Origin: an uncultured delta proteobacterium
GTDB lineage: Bacteria > Desulfobacterota > Zymogenia > Zymogenales > Zymogenaceae
Assembly (NCBI GenBank): GCA_963792965.1
Contig: CAWBYW010000011.1
Span: 64,001-128,000, forward strand
Direction: 5' to 3'
DNA: 64,000 nucleotides
Part shown: one piece after another, positions 1-9,950 of the stretch
Layout of the letters: each line of letters starts with the position of its first letter
How positions within the stretch are numbered: the stretch's first letter is position 1
Notes under the pieces: model-generated
The model's database searches: none
What the model saw: only the letters and a program-made list of their open reading frames with translations
What the model was told of the DNA's origin: nothing
Made by a program: the position numbers and the translations under genes

Positions 1-408
1 GGCTTCCTGAGCCTCTACCGCAGGGGCAAGACCTCGCGGATACCCCGTATGGTAGCGGGCTCATCTCATGGCAAGAACCCGATCATCAGGGCCTTCATCA
101 AGAACGTCCCTCACTGTGAGGACATCGAGCCCAAAAGGATTCGGGAGACCGCCGTCAACGAGCCGCTCATCAACTGGCACTCGATCGACGGAGACCTGGC
201 GCTGGACGCCATCAGGGTAACCTCCGGCTGGGCCCAGTATGCGAGTGACAAGAGCATGATCTCCTACGCGAGGCTCATGAAAGATCGGGAGGGGCTCAAC
301 ATCCTGCCGGCTTCGACGGCGGGGCTTGTGGTGCTCCTGGAGCAGCATAAGAGGGAGCCGATGCCGGGGGACCGATACGTGGTCATCCTCACCGGGAGGA
401 GATCATGA
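1..408 (+). CDS. PLP-dependent threonine synthase-like enzyme (fold type II), C-terminal part; 5' end outside the window
   Basis: The frame is open from base 1 (GFLSLYRRGKTSRIPRMVAG...). The C-terminal EGLNILPASTAGL and VVILTG motifs are typical of the threonine synthase family. The stop overlaps the next start (ATGA). Confidence 0.7.
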   Translation, partial: GFLSLYRRGKTSRIPRMVAGSSHGKNPIIRAFIKNVPHCEDIEPKRIRETAVNEPLINWHSIDGDLALDAIRVTSGWAQYASDKSMISYARLMKDREGLNILPASTAGLVVLLEQHKREPMPGDRYVVILTGRRS

Positions 409-1499
409 CGGGGCTGCCCGAGGGGAACGCGATCGTCTATTGCGAGGGGGCCTTCGGGACGACATACGGAAAGACGGCGCACGGTCTGGTCCGTCGCACT
501 CTCCGGTATCACGTCATCTCGGTGGTGGACAGCACGCTTTCCGGAAGGGACGCGGGGCGACTTATCGACGGGAAAAGCGCGGGTATCCCGATCTTTGCCG
601 ATATACCCGAGGCCGTGGCGGCATCCCGAAACACCGCCGATCCCGCCACCCACCTCGTCATCGGCCTTGCCACCGACGGCGGTTACATCCCCAACAACGT
701 CAGAGTGGACATAGCCCATGCGATAACCCTCGGGCTTTCCGTCGATTCGGGACTGCACGAATTTATGACCGAGGACGATACTCTCGTGGGCCTGGCGCGG
801 CAGTATGGCGTCACGCTGAGGGACATCCGAAAACCGCCGCCGCGAAAGGAGCTCCACTTTTTTTCGGGCAAGATCTCAGATGTGACCTCTCTGATCGTCG
901 CCGTCCTCGGCACCGATTCGGCCGTCGGGAAGCGGACGACGGCCTGGCTGGTGACCGATGCCCTGAGGGAGCGGGGGTATAGCGCCGAGCTTATCGGCAC
1001 GGGGCAGACCGCGTGGATGCAGGGGGTCGCGTACGGGATCATGCTGGACTCGCTGGTCAACGACTTCGTTGCCGGGGAGATCGAGCATGCCGTCTGGAGG
1101 GCCTGGAGCGAGAAACGGCCGGACGTCATCATTATCGAGGGACAGGGAAGCCTCATGAATCCGGCATACCCCGGCGGGTTCGAGATCCTGGCCGCGGCAA
1201 GGCCGGACGCGGTCATCCTCCAGCACGCCCCGGCCCGCGCCGAATACGACGGCTTCCCCGGCTATCCGCTGCACCCTATAGAAAAGCAGGTCAAGGCCGT
1301 CGAATTCCTCTCCGGGCGGAAGGTTATCTGTGTGACGGTTAACCACGAAGGGATGAGACCGGCGGACGTGCCGGCCGCCTGCGCCGAGATCACGAAAAAG
1401 ACGGGTCTTGGCGCTTCCGACGTCCTGATTTCCGGCGCCGGGTCGGTGGCCGACGCCCTTGTGCCCTACCTCCAGCGGAAAAAGGCGGGCGCGAGATGA
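405..1499 (+). CDS. DUF1611 family P-loop protein (DgcN-like, D-glutamate N-acetyltransferase family)
   Basis: GKTAHGL at the N-terminus, GTDSAVGKRTT P-loop, GTGQT and EGQGSL motifs are characteristic of DUF1611. It lies in an operon with a dipeptide epimerase. Confidence 0.85.
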   Translation: MTGLPEGNAIVYCEGAFGTTYGKTAHGLVRRTLRYHVISVVDSTLSGRDAGRLIDGKSAGIPIFADIPEAVAASRNTADPATHLVIGLATDGGYIPNNVRVDIAHAITLGLSVDSGLHEFMTEDDTLVGLARQYGVTLRDIRKPPPRKELHFFSGKISDVTSLIVAVLGTDSAVGKRTTAWLVTDALRERGYSAELIGTGQTAWMQGVAYGIMLDSLVNDFVAGEIEHAVWRAWSEKRPDVIIIEGQGSLMNPAYPGGFEILAAARPDAVILQHAPARAEYDGFPGYPLHPIEKQVKAVEFLSGRKVICVTVNHEGMRPADVPAACAEITKKTGLGASDVLISGAGSVADALVPYLQRKKAGAR

Positions 1500-3077
1500 G
1501 GCCCGAGATCGTCTCTACCGGGCAGACCGCGCGGCGGGAAGACCCAATGAACGGTGATTCCCATCCCGATACCGACCCCTTCCGTTGTCTTTCGGTCATC
1601 GACCGCCTCGAGGTGGGGCCCGTCAGGGTCGAGAAGCGCCGCCTCATCTGCCCGTATACCGTTTTCCAGGGAGAGTCGACCGATACCTTCCGGCTCATCT
1701 ACCGGTGGGGAGAGGACGTCTTCGATCCCTCGGAGACTGCCGACCGGAACCTCGCCGGAATGATCGCGGCCCAGGTCGCGCTTAACTACGGACTCTTCTG
1801 CGATGAGATTCGGTTTTGCGGTCCCTTTGACGAGCACGACCGCCGCTTCCTCGCCGAGATGGCCGAGAACACCTCGTGCGAGATCTATGTCAAGAAGTTC
1901 CTCCAGCCCAATCCCTTCCTCTTCGGGGCGGCGGCGTCGCTTCCCGTGATAAGGCGGCCGAGCTACCTCCGTGCCCGCCTTTCGTTTGAGGACATGTCGC
2001 CACGCAACATCCGAACGACCCGCAAAACCAGCGGATGGAGGACGGACCCAAGAAAACACGCCGTCCTCTCCAGCGGCGGGAAGGATAGCCTCCTCACCTT
2101 CGGGATCCTTGACGAACTGGGACAGGAGGTATCCCCGATCTTCATCAACGAATCGGGGCGGCACTGGTTTACCGCCCTCAACGCATACCGGTCTTTTACA
2201 GAGCGCGTCCCTCGCGCCGCCCGGGTCTGGACAAACGCGGACCGGCTCTTCTGCTGGATGACACGGCGCCTCCCCTTCGTCCGCCCCGATTTTGGCCGGT
2301 TGCGGTCGGACGAATACCCAATCCGCCTCTGGACGGTGGCGGTCTTCCTCTTCGGGGCGCTCCCCTTGATCAGGAAGAGGGGTATCGGAAGGCTTTCGCT
2401 CGGCGACGAGTTTGATACGACACGCTTTGCCCTCCATCACGGGATCCCCCACTTCGACGGCCTCTTTGACCAGAGCCTCGTCTTCGACCGCGCCCTGACT
2501 GCCTATTATAGGAGCAAGGGGTGGGGGATCGACCAGTTCTCGCTGCTGCGGCCGCTTTCCGAGCTCCTCATCCAGAAGATCCTCTCCCTGCGGTATCCCG
2601 AGCTCCTTTCCGTACAGGTCTCATGCCACGCGGCCCACATCAGGGGGGGGCGCGTCTACCCGTGCGGGAGGTGCGAGAAGTGCCGGCAGAATCGTCGGCA
2701 TGATGACGACGTTCGGAGCCGACCCGTCCGTTCTCGGCTATTCGGGGACACAGGTTGAGCAGTGCCTGAGGAAGATCGACAAGATGGGGGTGGACCAGGA
2801 GGGTGAAGGAGCCGAGCATCTCTATTTCCTCCTGAAGGGGCTCGGGAAGACTTCGGGGGGCTCGCGTACGGTGCGGCCGCACCCTGAGGTGGAAAAGCTC
2901 AGGTTCGATGCGCGGGTATCCCCGGTCGACGCGATACCCTCCGATCTCTCGGACCGGGTCTATGACATCTTGGGCCGTTATGCCCGGGGGACGGTTATGT
3001 GGGACGGCTCGGCGTGGGTCGATCAGGGACCTTCGCACACGGTCGCGTCGGCCGGCGGCCACTTAAAAAAGGGTTAG
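1496..3077 (+). CDS. PP-loop (adenine nucleotide alpha-hydrolase-like) ATPase with C-terminal Cys cluster, QueC/MurL-like; frameshift near 2690
   Basis: SSGGKDS PP-loop and SCHAAH...CGRCEKC motif. ORFs 1496..2758 and 2700..3077 join with one frameshift just after CEKCR. Confidence 0.6.
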
Positions 3078-3081
3078 CGGG

Positions 3082-4148
3082 ATGAAGATCACCGGTCTTG
3101 AGGCATGGTCGGCTACCATGAGGCTCTCCGAGCCCTATACCATCGCCTATGAATCGATTGAGGCGGCAACCAATATCTTTTTGCGGGTCAAGACGAACGG
3201 CGGGATCGTCGGGTACGGATGCGCCGCCCCGGACCTCGAGGTGACGGGAGAAACCCCGGATTCGGCCTCAGATACATCGACGATGCCATTCGTCCGGCGG
3301 TGGTTGGATCCGATCCGCTGCGCATTCGGCTCGCGCTGGAGGCGGTAAGGCGCGCCGGCCCGGTCTCCCCCGAGGCCCTGGCGGCCCTCGATATGGCGCT
3401 GTTAGACATCCTCGGAAAGGTTGCCGGACTCCCTCTCTTTGTGCTCCTCGGCGGGATGAGAGATCAGATCCGGACGAGCGCAACCGTCGGGATCCTTCCC
3501 CCCGATCAGACCGTAAAGAAGGCCCGAGACCTGATCGGACAGGGGTTCACGTCGCTCAAGCTCAAGGGGGGAGTCGATGTCGAGTCCGATATCGAGCGGT
3601 TTCTTAAGGTACGAGAGGCGGTCGGGGACGGCGTCGAGCTTTCCCTTGACGCAAACCAGGGGTACGCGGCGGAAGAAAGCCTGAGATTCATACGGGGAAC
3701 AAAGGCCGCACGCCTTGTCTTTCTGGAACAGCCCACCCCCCGGCGTGACCTGGAGCTTCTCGGATACGTAAGCTCGATGACGGACCTTCCAGTGATGGCC
3801 GATGAGTCTCTCCTCACCCTTGATGACGCCGTAACCCTCGCCCGGCGGGGGGTCGTGGACCTCTTCAACGTCAAGGTCATGAAGGTCGGCGGCATCATCG
3901 AGGCGCAGCAGATCGCGGCGGTGGCGCGTGCGTTCGGGATCGGTGTCATGGTGGGGTCTACGGACGAGGCGGCCCTCGGGATCGCGGCGGGGCTTGCCGT
4001 CGCGTTGGCCGATCCCGCCGTCCAGCGTGCAGATCTCGACGGCAATCTTCCGCTCGAGGGGGACCCGTCGTCCGGCGCGGTAATCCTGAGCTCCGGCTCC
4101 CTGTCTCCCACAGGCAGGCCCGGCCTCGGACTGGACCTCGACGCCTGA
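3082..4148 (+). CDS. Dipeptide (L-Ala-D/L-Glu) epimerase family, enolase superfamily; frameshift near 3270
   Basis: N-terminal capping domain (PYTIAY, GIVGYG) in ORF 3082..3348. ORF 3219..4148 carries KLK, DANQG, EQP, ADES, NVKVMKVGG and the C-terminal DLD motif. Confidence 0.85.
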
Positions 4149-4160
4149 TACACAAAAGCC

Positions 4161-4189
4161 TTGACTCGAACCGGTAACTGCGCTATCTT
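4161..4189 (+). promoter_or_regulatory. Putative sigma70 promoter for the acyl-CoA ligase cluster
   Basis: TTGACT-17 bp-TATCTT, about 235 bp upstream of the 4424 start. Confidence 0.45.
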
Positions 4190-4423
4190 TCTTGCGGCGG
4201 GGTGGGAGGTCGAGGGTCTTAGTCTCATATGGGCTTCATCTGTTCTTACCTCCTGCTGTCTTCCCTTCCCCTTTCCATGCCTGCCGCCCGACGGCCCTTC
4301 TGTGAGCAGCCAGACGGGAGCCCCGTGGTGCCCAGACGCGTCATCGTTACGTCCGGTCCTACTAATAACAACTCGTTTTATAAAGGGTAATAAACCAACA
4401 TCTTTCGTATCGTGAGGTAGCCA

Positions 4424-6118
4424 ATGGCCAAAAATGAACAGATCTGGAGGAAATCATGGGACCCGGGGCTTACGGACCTGGATCCAAGGTCGTGGGAAGT
4501 CAATTTCGTCGATGCCGTAAAGCCGGCCTTCGAGCGCTTCTCCGACAGGGCGGCCCTCGCCTTCATGGGGACGGAGATCACGTTCAGAGAACTCGATAAG
4601 CTGTCCAACCGGTTTGCCGACATGCTGATCAAGAACGGGTTCAAGAAAGGAGACCTCGTCGGCATTAACCTCCCGAATATCCCCGAATATGTCATCGCGT
4701 GGCTGGGAACCCTCAAGGCGGGGTGCGTCGTCTCCGGGGTGTCACCCCTCCTCTCGACTGAGGAGATGGAATACCAGCTTATGGACGCGGACGCAAAGGG
4801 CCTGGTGACGCTCGATGCGATCTTCGCCGCCCGGGTTACCAAAATCGCGGCAAACCTGCCAAAGCTCAAGGTCGTGGTTGCGGCGAGCGTCGGCGGGTTT
4901 TTGCCTCCCGTTAAGCGGGTGTTGGCAAAACTCCTTAAGAAGATCCCGATGGGGGAGGTGACGCCGCTTCCCGGAAAGACCGTCTATCGGATGGAAGAGG
5001 TCATCAAGACCGCGAAGTTTTCGGATAAGGCGTCCGGCGTCAAGATCACACCCGACGATATTGCCCTCGTCCAGTACACCGGCGGCACGACCGGCGCGCC
5101 CAAGGGAGCGATGCTCTCGCACCGCAACGTCGTCTCCGACCTTCTGATTGTCCAGAGGTGGCTGGCCTGGGAGCCGGGTAAGGGGCCGGCGCTCTCGGGA
5201 TTTCCCTTCTTTCACATCGCGGGACTCTTCTTCAATGAAAACTGTATATACCTCGGCTGGACCCAGGTGCTGATCCCCAACCCGCGGGACACGAAGCATA
5301 TCACGAGCGAGCTTGCCAAATACCGGCCGACGACCCTCGTCAACGTGCCGTCGCTCTTCCAGCTTCTCATCGCCGAGCCGAAGTTCAAGACGCTGGATCA
5401 CTCGAACCTCGAGGTCTGTATTTCGGCGGCTTCTCCGTTCCCCGAGGAATCCCAGAAGGAGTTGGAGGCGATCGTCGGCAAGGAGAAGTTGTTGGAGGTC
5501 TACGGGATGTCGGAGACCTCTCCGCTCACGGTCATGAACCCCTCCAAAGGAAAGAAAAAACTGGGCACTATCGGGCTTCCGATTCTCAACACGGACATCA
5601 AACTGGTGGATCACGCCACGGGCAAAGAGGTCGGATCGGGGCAGCCGGGCGAGATGTGGATCAAGGGGCCCCATGTCATGATCGGCTACTACAGGAAGCC
5701 CGAGGAGACGAAAAACGCCGTCGACAAGGAAGGATATATGCACACCGGTGACGTGGCCGTCATGGACAACGAAGGGTACCTGAGGATCGTGGATCGTACC
5801 AAGGACATGATCATCGTCGGAGGGTTCAAGGTCTTCTCGGTGAAGGTGGAGGATGTCCTGTCCAGACATCCGGCCGTAGACATAAGCGCGATGGTGGGCG
5901 TGCCCAACCCCGAGCGGCCCGGCTCGGAGGTCGTCAAGGCGTTTATCCAGCTCAAGCCGGAATATGCCGCGGGCGACAAAGATGCGCTCAAGAAGGAGAT
6001 CTTCAGCTACGCCAAGGAGAAGCTTTCACCCTACGAGGTGCCGAAGGTCATCGAGTTCATGGACGCACTGCCGCTGACGGCCGTGGGGAAGCTCGACAAG
6101 AAGAAACTGAGAAAATAG
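4424..6118 (+). CDS. Acyl-CoA synthetase (long-chain fatty acid-CoA ligase family), paralog 1
   Basis: AMP-binding motifs YTGGTTGAPKG, YGMSET, HTGD, DRTKD and C-terminal VGKLDKK. GAGG RBS. Confidence 0.93.
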   Translation: MAKNEQIWRKSWDPGLTDLDPRSWEVNFVDAVKPAFERFSDRAALAFMGTEITFRELDKLSNRFADMLIKNGFKKGDLVGINLPNIPEYVIAWLGTLKAGCVVSGVSPLLSTEEMEYQLMDADAKGLVTLDAIFAARVTKIAANLPKLKVVVAASVGGFLPPVKRVLAKLLKKIPMGEVTPLPGKTVYRMEEVIKTAKFSDKASGVKITPDDIALVQYTGGTTGAPKGAMLSHRNVVSDLLIVQRWLAWEPGKGPALSGFPFFHIAGLFFNENCIYLGWTQVLIPNPRDTKHITSELAKYRPTTLVNVPSLFQLLIAEPKFKTLDHSNLEVCISAASPFPEESQKELEAIVGKEKLLEVYGMSETSPLTVMNPSKGKKKLGTIGLPILNTDIKLVDHATGKEVGSGQPGEMWIKGPHVMIGYYRKPEETKNAVDKEGYMHTGDVAVMDNEGYLRIVDRTKDMIIVGGFKVFSVKVEDVLSRHPAVDISAMVGVPNPERPGSEVVKAFIQLKPEYAAGDKDALKKEIFSYAKEKLSPYEVPKVIEFMDALPLTAVGKLDKKKLRK

Positions 6119-6286
6119 ACGGACTATCGGTAATCAGGGTGGACGTATTGTCCCCGATGCACGATCGGATTCATCGATACAGGAGACCAACCCCGCAGCG
6201 CTTTCTGCTCACCCCCCGAGAAGGGGTCGGCCTGTCTGCGGGGACTTCACATGCATATTGGTTTTTTAACTCGAGGGAGGCATCGT

Positions 6287-7981
6287 ATGTCGAAAAGGGA
6301 GCAAATCTGGAAGAAATCATGGGATCCAGGGCTGTCGGACCTGGATCCAAAAATATGGGAAACGAGCCTGGTGGAGGCGTTTGCGCCGACCTTCAGGGAC
6401 TTCCCGGATAAGGCGGCACTTGCATTCATGGGGACGGAGATTACCTTCCATGAGCTCGACGTTATGGCCAATCGGTTTGCGAATATGCTTATCGAAAGCG
6501 GGTTCAAGAAAGGTGACCTCGTCGGGATCAACCTCCCGAACATCCCCGAGTATGTCATCGCGTGGCTCGGGGCGCTCCGGGTCGGGTGCGCCGTTTCCGG
6601 TGTCTCCCCGCTCCTCTCGACGGAAGAGACGGCCTATCAGCTCAGAGACTCCGACGCAAAGGGACTGGTGACGCTGGACGCGATCTTTGCCGGCCGGCTT
6701 ACAAAGATCGCGCAGGACCTCCCCAAGCTCAAGCTCGTGGTGGTGGCAAGCATCGGTGGATTCTTGCCTCCCGTTAAGCGAGTCCTGGCAAAGCTCCTCA
6801 AGAAGATCCCAACGGGCAAGGTGACGCCACTTCCCGGTAAGACCGTTTACCTGATCGAGGAAGTCATCAAGACCAAGAAATATTCGGACAAGAACCCCGG
6901 CGTGAAAATCTCGCCCGACGACATCGCCTATATCCAGTATACCGGCGGCACCACCGGCGCCCCAAAGGGGGCGATGCTCTCCCACCGAAACGCGGTGTCA
7001 AACCTGATAGTCGTCTATAAATGGCTCGGCTGGGAGAGAGGCAAGGGCCCGGCGCTTTCGGGTTATCCCTTCTTTCATATCGCGGGACTTTTCATTAACG
7101 AGATGGGTAACTACCTCGGCTGGACGCAGGTATTGATCCCCAACCCGCGGGACACCAAGCATATCACGGACGAGATCGTTAAGTACCGGCCGACCGCCCT
7201 CATCAATGTTCCCTCTCTTTACCAGCTCCTCATGGCGGAGCCGAAGTTCAAGGCGCTGGATCACTCGAAACTGGCCGCCTGCGTTTCGTCGGCCTCACCG
7301 TTTCCGAAGGAATCCCAAAAGGAGCTGGAGGAGATCGTGGGAAAGGGGAAACTCATAGAGAACTACGGGATGTCGGAGACCTCACCGCTGATCGCCAGCA
7401 ATCCCTCCAAGGGTAAGAAGAAGCTCGGCTCAATCGGTGTCCCGATCCTCAATACCGACGTTAGGCTGGTGGACCCCCAAACGGGCAAGGAGGCCGAGCT
7501 CGGCCAACCAGGTGAGATCTGCGTCAAAGGTCCTCAGGTGATGGTGGGGTACTACAAGAAGCCCGACGAGACGAAAAACGCCATCGACAAGGACGGCTAC
7601 ATGCACACCGGCGACGTGGCGATCATGGACGACGAGGGATATCTGAAGATCGTGGACCGCACGAAAGACATGATCATCGTTTCCGGGTTCAAGGTCTTCT
7701 CGGTGAAGGTCGAGGATGTGCTGACCAAGCACCCCGCCATCGACATGATCGCGACAATCGGCGTGCCCAATCCCGAGCGGCCCGGCTCCGAGATCGTCAA
7801 GGCGTTCGTCCAGCTGAAACCGGAGTACGCCCAGAAGGATAAAGAGGAGCTTAAGAAAGACATCACGAGCTTCGCCAAGGCGAAGCTCACTCCGTATGAG
7901 GTGCCCAAGGTCATCGAGTTCATGGATGCGCTGCCGCTGACAGCCGTGGGCAAGCTCGATAAAAAGAAGCTGCGCAAGTAA
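6287..7981 (+). CDS. Acyl-CoA synthetase, paralog 2
   Basis: Same motifs as paralog 1. The start is placed at MSKREQ after a GGGAGG RBS, giving 564 aa like its neighbours. Confidence 0.93.
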   Translation: MSKREQIWKKSWDPGLSDLDPKIWETSLVEAFAPTFRDFPDKAALAFMGTEITFHELDVMANRFANMLIESGFKKGDLVGINLPNIPEYVIAWLGALRVGCAVSGVSPLLSTEETAYQLRDSDAKGLVTLDAIFAGRLTKIAQDLPKLKLVVVASIGGFLPPVKRVLAKLLKKIPTGKVTPLPGKTVYLIEEVIKTKKYSDKNPGVKISPDDIAYIQYTGGTTGAPKGAMLSHRNAVSNLIVVYKWLGWERGKGPALSGYPFFHIAGLFINEMGNYLGWTQVLIPNPRDTKHITDEIVKYRPTALINVPSLYQLLMAEPKFKALDHSKLAACVSSASPFPKESQKELEEIVGKGKLIENYGMSETSPLIASNPSKGKKKLGSIGVPILNTDVRLVDPQTGKEAELGQPGEICVKGPQVMVGYYKKPDETKNAIDKDGYMHTGDVAIMDDEGYLKIVDRTKDMIIVSGFKVFSVKVEDVLTKHPAIDMIATIGVPNPERPGSEIVKAFVQLKPEYAQKDKEELKKDITSFAKAKLTPYEVPKVIEFMDALPLTAVGKLDKKKLRK

Positions 7982-7995
7982 ACACAGACAAAAAG

Positions 7996-8023
7996 AAACG
8001 GGGTGGAGATATCCACCCTGTCC
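7996..8023 (+). repeat. Hairpin homologous to the terminator at 9864, but without a U-tract
   Basis: AAACGGGGTGGAGATATCCACCCTGTCC here versus AAACGGGGTGGAGAAATCCACCCCGTTTTTT at 9864. Confidence 0.65.
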
Positions 8024-8151
8024 TTTACAGGGTTTCGGACCCATGGAACCGACCCTTATTTCCGCTTATCTCTATCTCCCGTTCAGAGAGCCGGCTTACC
8101 CATGGCGATTTCACGCTCACGTTTATCGTTTGACCTAAAGGGAGGCATCGC

Positions 8152-9846
8152 ATGTCAAAAAGGGAGCAGATCTGGAGGAAATCATGGGACAAGGGGCTGA
8201 CCGATCTTGACCCACAGCTGTTCGAGAAGAGCATCGTCGACGCCGTAAGGCCGTCCTTCGAGCGGCTCCCTAACAGGGCCGCCCTTGCCTACATGGGGAC
8301 CGAGATTTCCTTCCGGGACCTCGACCGCTACGCCAACCGATTCGCGGACATGCTCATCAAGAACGGGCTTAAAAAGGGCGACGTGGTGGGGATCAACCTC
8401 CCCAATATCCCCGCGTATGTCATCGCGTGGCTCGGGATACTCAAGGCCGGGTGCGTCGTCTCCGGCGTCTCGCCCCTTCTCTCGACTGAGGAAATGGAGT
8501 ACCAGCTTTTAGATTCCGATGCAAAGGGGTTGGTCACGCTGGACGCGATCTTCGCCGCCAGGGTAACCAAGATCGCCGACAGGCTGCCAAGACTGAAGGT
8601 CGTCGTGGCAGTGAGCATCGGCGACTTCCTACCATCGGTCAAGCGCGTGCTCGGTAAGCTCCTCAAGAAGTTCCCAACCGGTGAGGTCACGCCCCTTTCA
8701 GGAAAGCAAGTCTACCGGATGGAGGAGGTCGTCAACAACGACGCATTCTCCGAAAAGGATCCCGGCGTAAAGCTCGCACCCGGCGACCTCGCCTACGTTC
8801 AGTATACCGGCGGTACCACCGGGATCCCCAAGGGGGCGATGCTCTCTCACCGCAACATCGTCTCTGACATCCTGTGTGTGTCCAAATGGTTCGGATGGGA
8901 GCCGGGAGCCGGGGTGGCGGTTAACGGGTTTCCATTCTTTCACATTGCCGGGATCTTTGTCAATGCAATTTGTCTCCAACTCGGGCTTACACAACCCTTG
9001 ATCCCAAACCCTCGAAATACCGGCCACATCGCGCAGGAGATCGCCAAGTACCGGCCAAGGCTGATGCTTAACGTGCCCGCCCTCTACCAGCTCCTCATGG
9101 CGGACCCGAAATTCAAGAAGCTCGATCATTCGAGCCTCGAAGTCTGCATATCGGGCGCGTCCCCCTTCCCCGAGGAGTCACAGAAGGAGCTGGAGGCCAT
9201 TGTCGGCAAGGGAAAGCTGATCGAGACCTTCGGGATGTCCGAGACCTCCCCGCTGCTCTTCCTTAATCCCTACAAGGGGAAGAAAAAGCTCGGCTCGATT
9301 GGGCTCCCGCTCCTGAACACCGACGTCAAGCTCGTCGAGCCTGCAACCGGTGCCGAGGTGGGCATCGGGAAGCCGGGAGAGATGTGGGTGAAGGGACCCG
9401 AGGTGATGTCCGGATACTACAAGAAGCCCGAGGAGAATAAGATCGCGTTTGACAAGGACGGCTACTTTCGCACGGGCGACGTCGCGGTCATGGACGACGA
9501 GGGATATCTGAGGGTCGTGGACCGTACCAAGGATATGATCATCGTATCCGGATACAAGGTCTTCTCCGTGAAGGTGGAGGGTGCGCTCACCGAGCATCCG
9601 GCAATCGATATGATCGCCACTGTCGGCGTGCCTAACCCCGAGCGGCCCGGCTCCGAGATCGTCAAGGCGTTCGTACAGCTCAAGCCGGAGTATGCGCAAG
9701 CGGACAAGGAAGCCCTCAAGAAGGACATCACGGCCTTCGCAAAAGAAAAGCTCACGCCCTACGAGGTGCCCAAGGTCATTGAGTTCATGGACGCGCTGCC
9801 GCTCACTCCCGTTGGCAAGCTCGACAAGAAGAAGCTGAGAAAGTAA
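8152..9846 (+). CDS. Acyl-CoA synthetase, paralog 3
   Basis: YTGGTTGIPKG, FGMSET, RTGD, DRTKD motifs. GGGAGG RBS. Confidence 0.93.
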   Translation: MSKREQIWRKSWDKGLTDLDPQLFEKSIVDAVRPSFERLPNRAALAYMGTEISFRDLDRYANRFADMLIKNGLKKGDVVGINLPNIPAYVIAWLGILKAGCVVSGVSPLLSTEEMEYQLLDSDAKGLVTLDAIFAARVTKIADRLPRLKVVVAVSIGDFLPSVKRVLGKLLKKFPTGEVTPLSGKQVYRMEEVVNNDAFSEKDPGVKLAPGDLAYVQYTGGTTGIPKGAMLSHRNIVSDILCVSKWFGWEPGAGVAVNGFPFFHIAGIFVNAICLQLGLTQPLIPNPRNTGHIAQEIAKYRPRLMLNVPALYQLLMADPKFKKLDHSSLEVCISGASPFPEESQKELEAIVGKGKLIETFGMSETSPLLFLNPYKGKKKLGSIGLPLLNTDVKLVEPATGAEVGIGKPGEMWVKGPEVMSGYYKKPEENKIAFDKDGYFRTGDVAVMDDEGYLRVVDRTKDMIIVSGYKVFSVKVEGALTEHPAIDMIATVGVPNPERPGSEIVKAFVQLKPEYAQADKEALKKDITAFAKEKLTPYEVPKVIEFMDALPLTPVGKLDKKKLRK

Positions 9847-9863
9847 TAGAAATATCGGAATGG

Positions 9864-9894
9864 AAACGGGGTGGAGAAATCCACCCCGTTTTTT
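9864..9894 (+). terminator. Rho-independent terminator
   Basis: Perfect stem AAACGGGGTGGA/TCCACCCCGTTT with a GAAA loop and a following T run. Confidence 0.85.
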
Positions 9895-9950
9895 ACTCTT
9901 GTCTGAAAACGCCGGACATAGATCTCAGGGAGCGGAAATTCACCTCTCGC

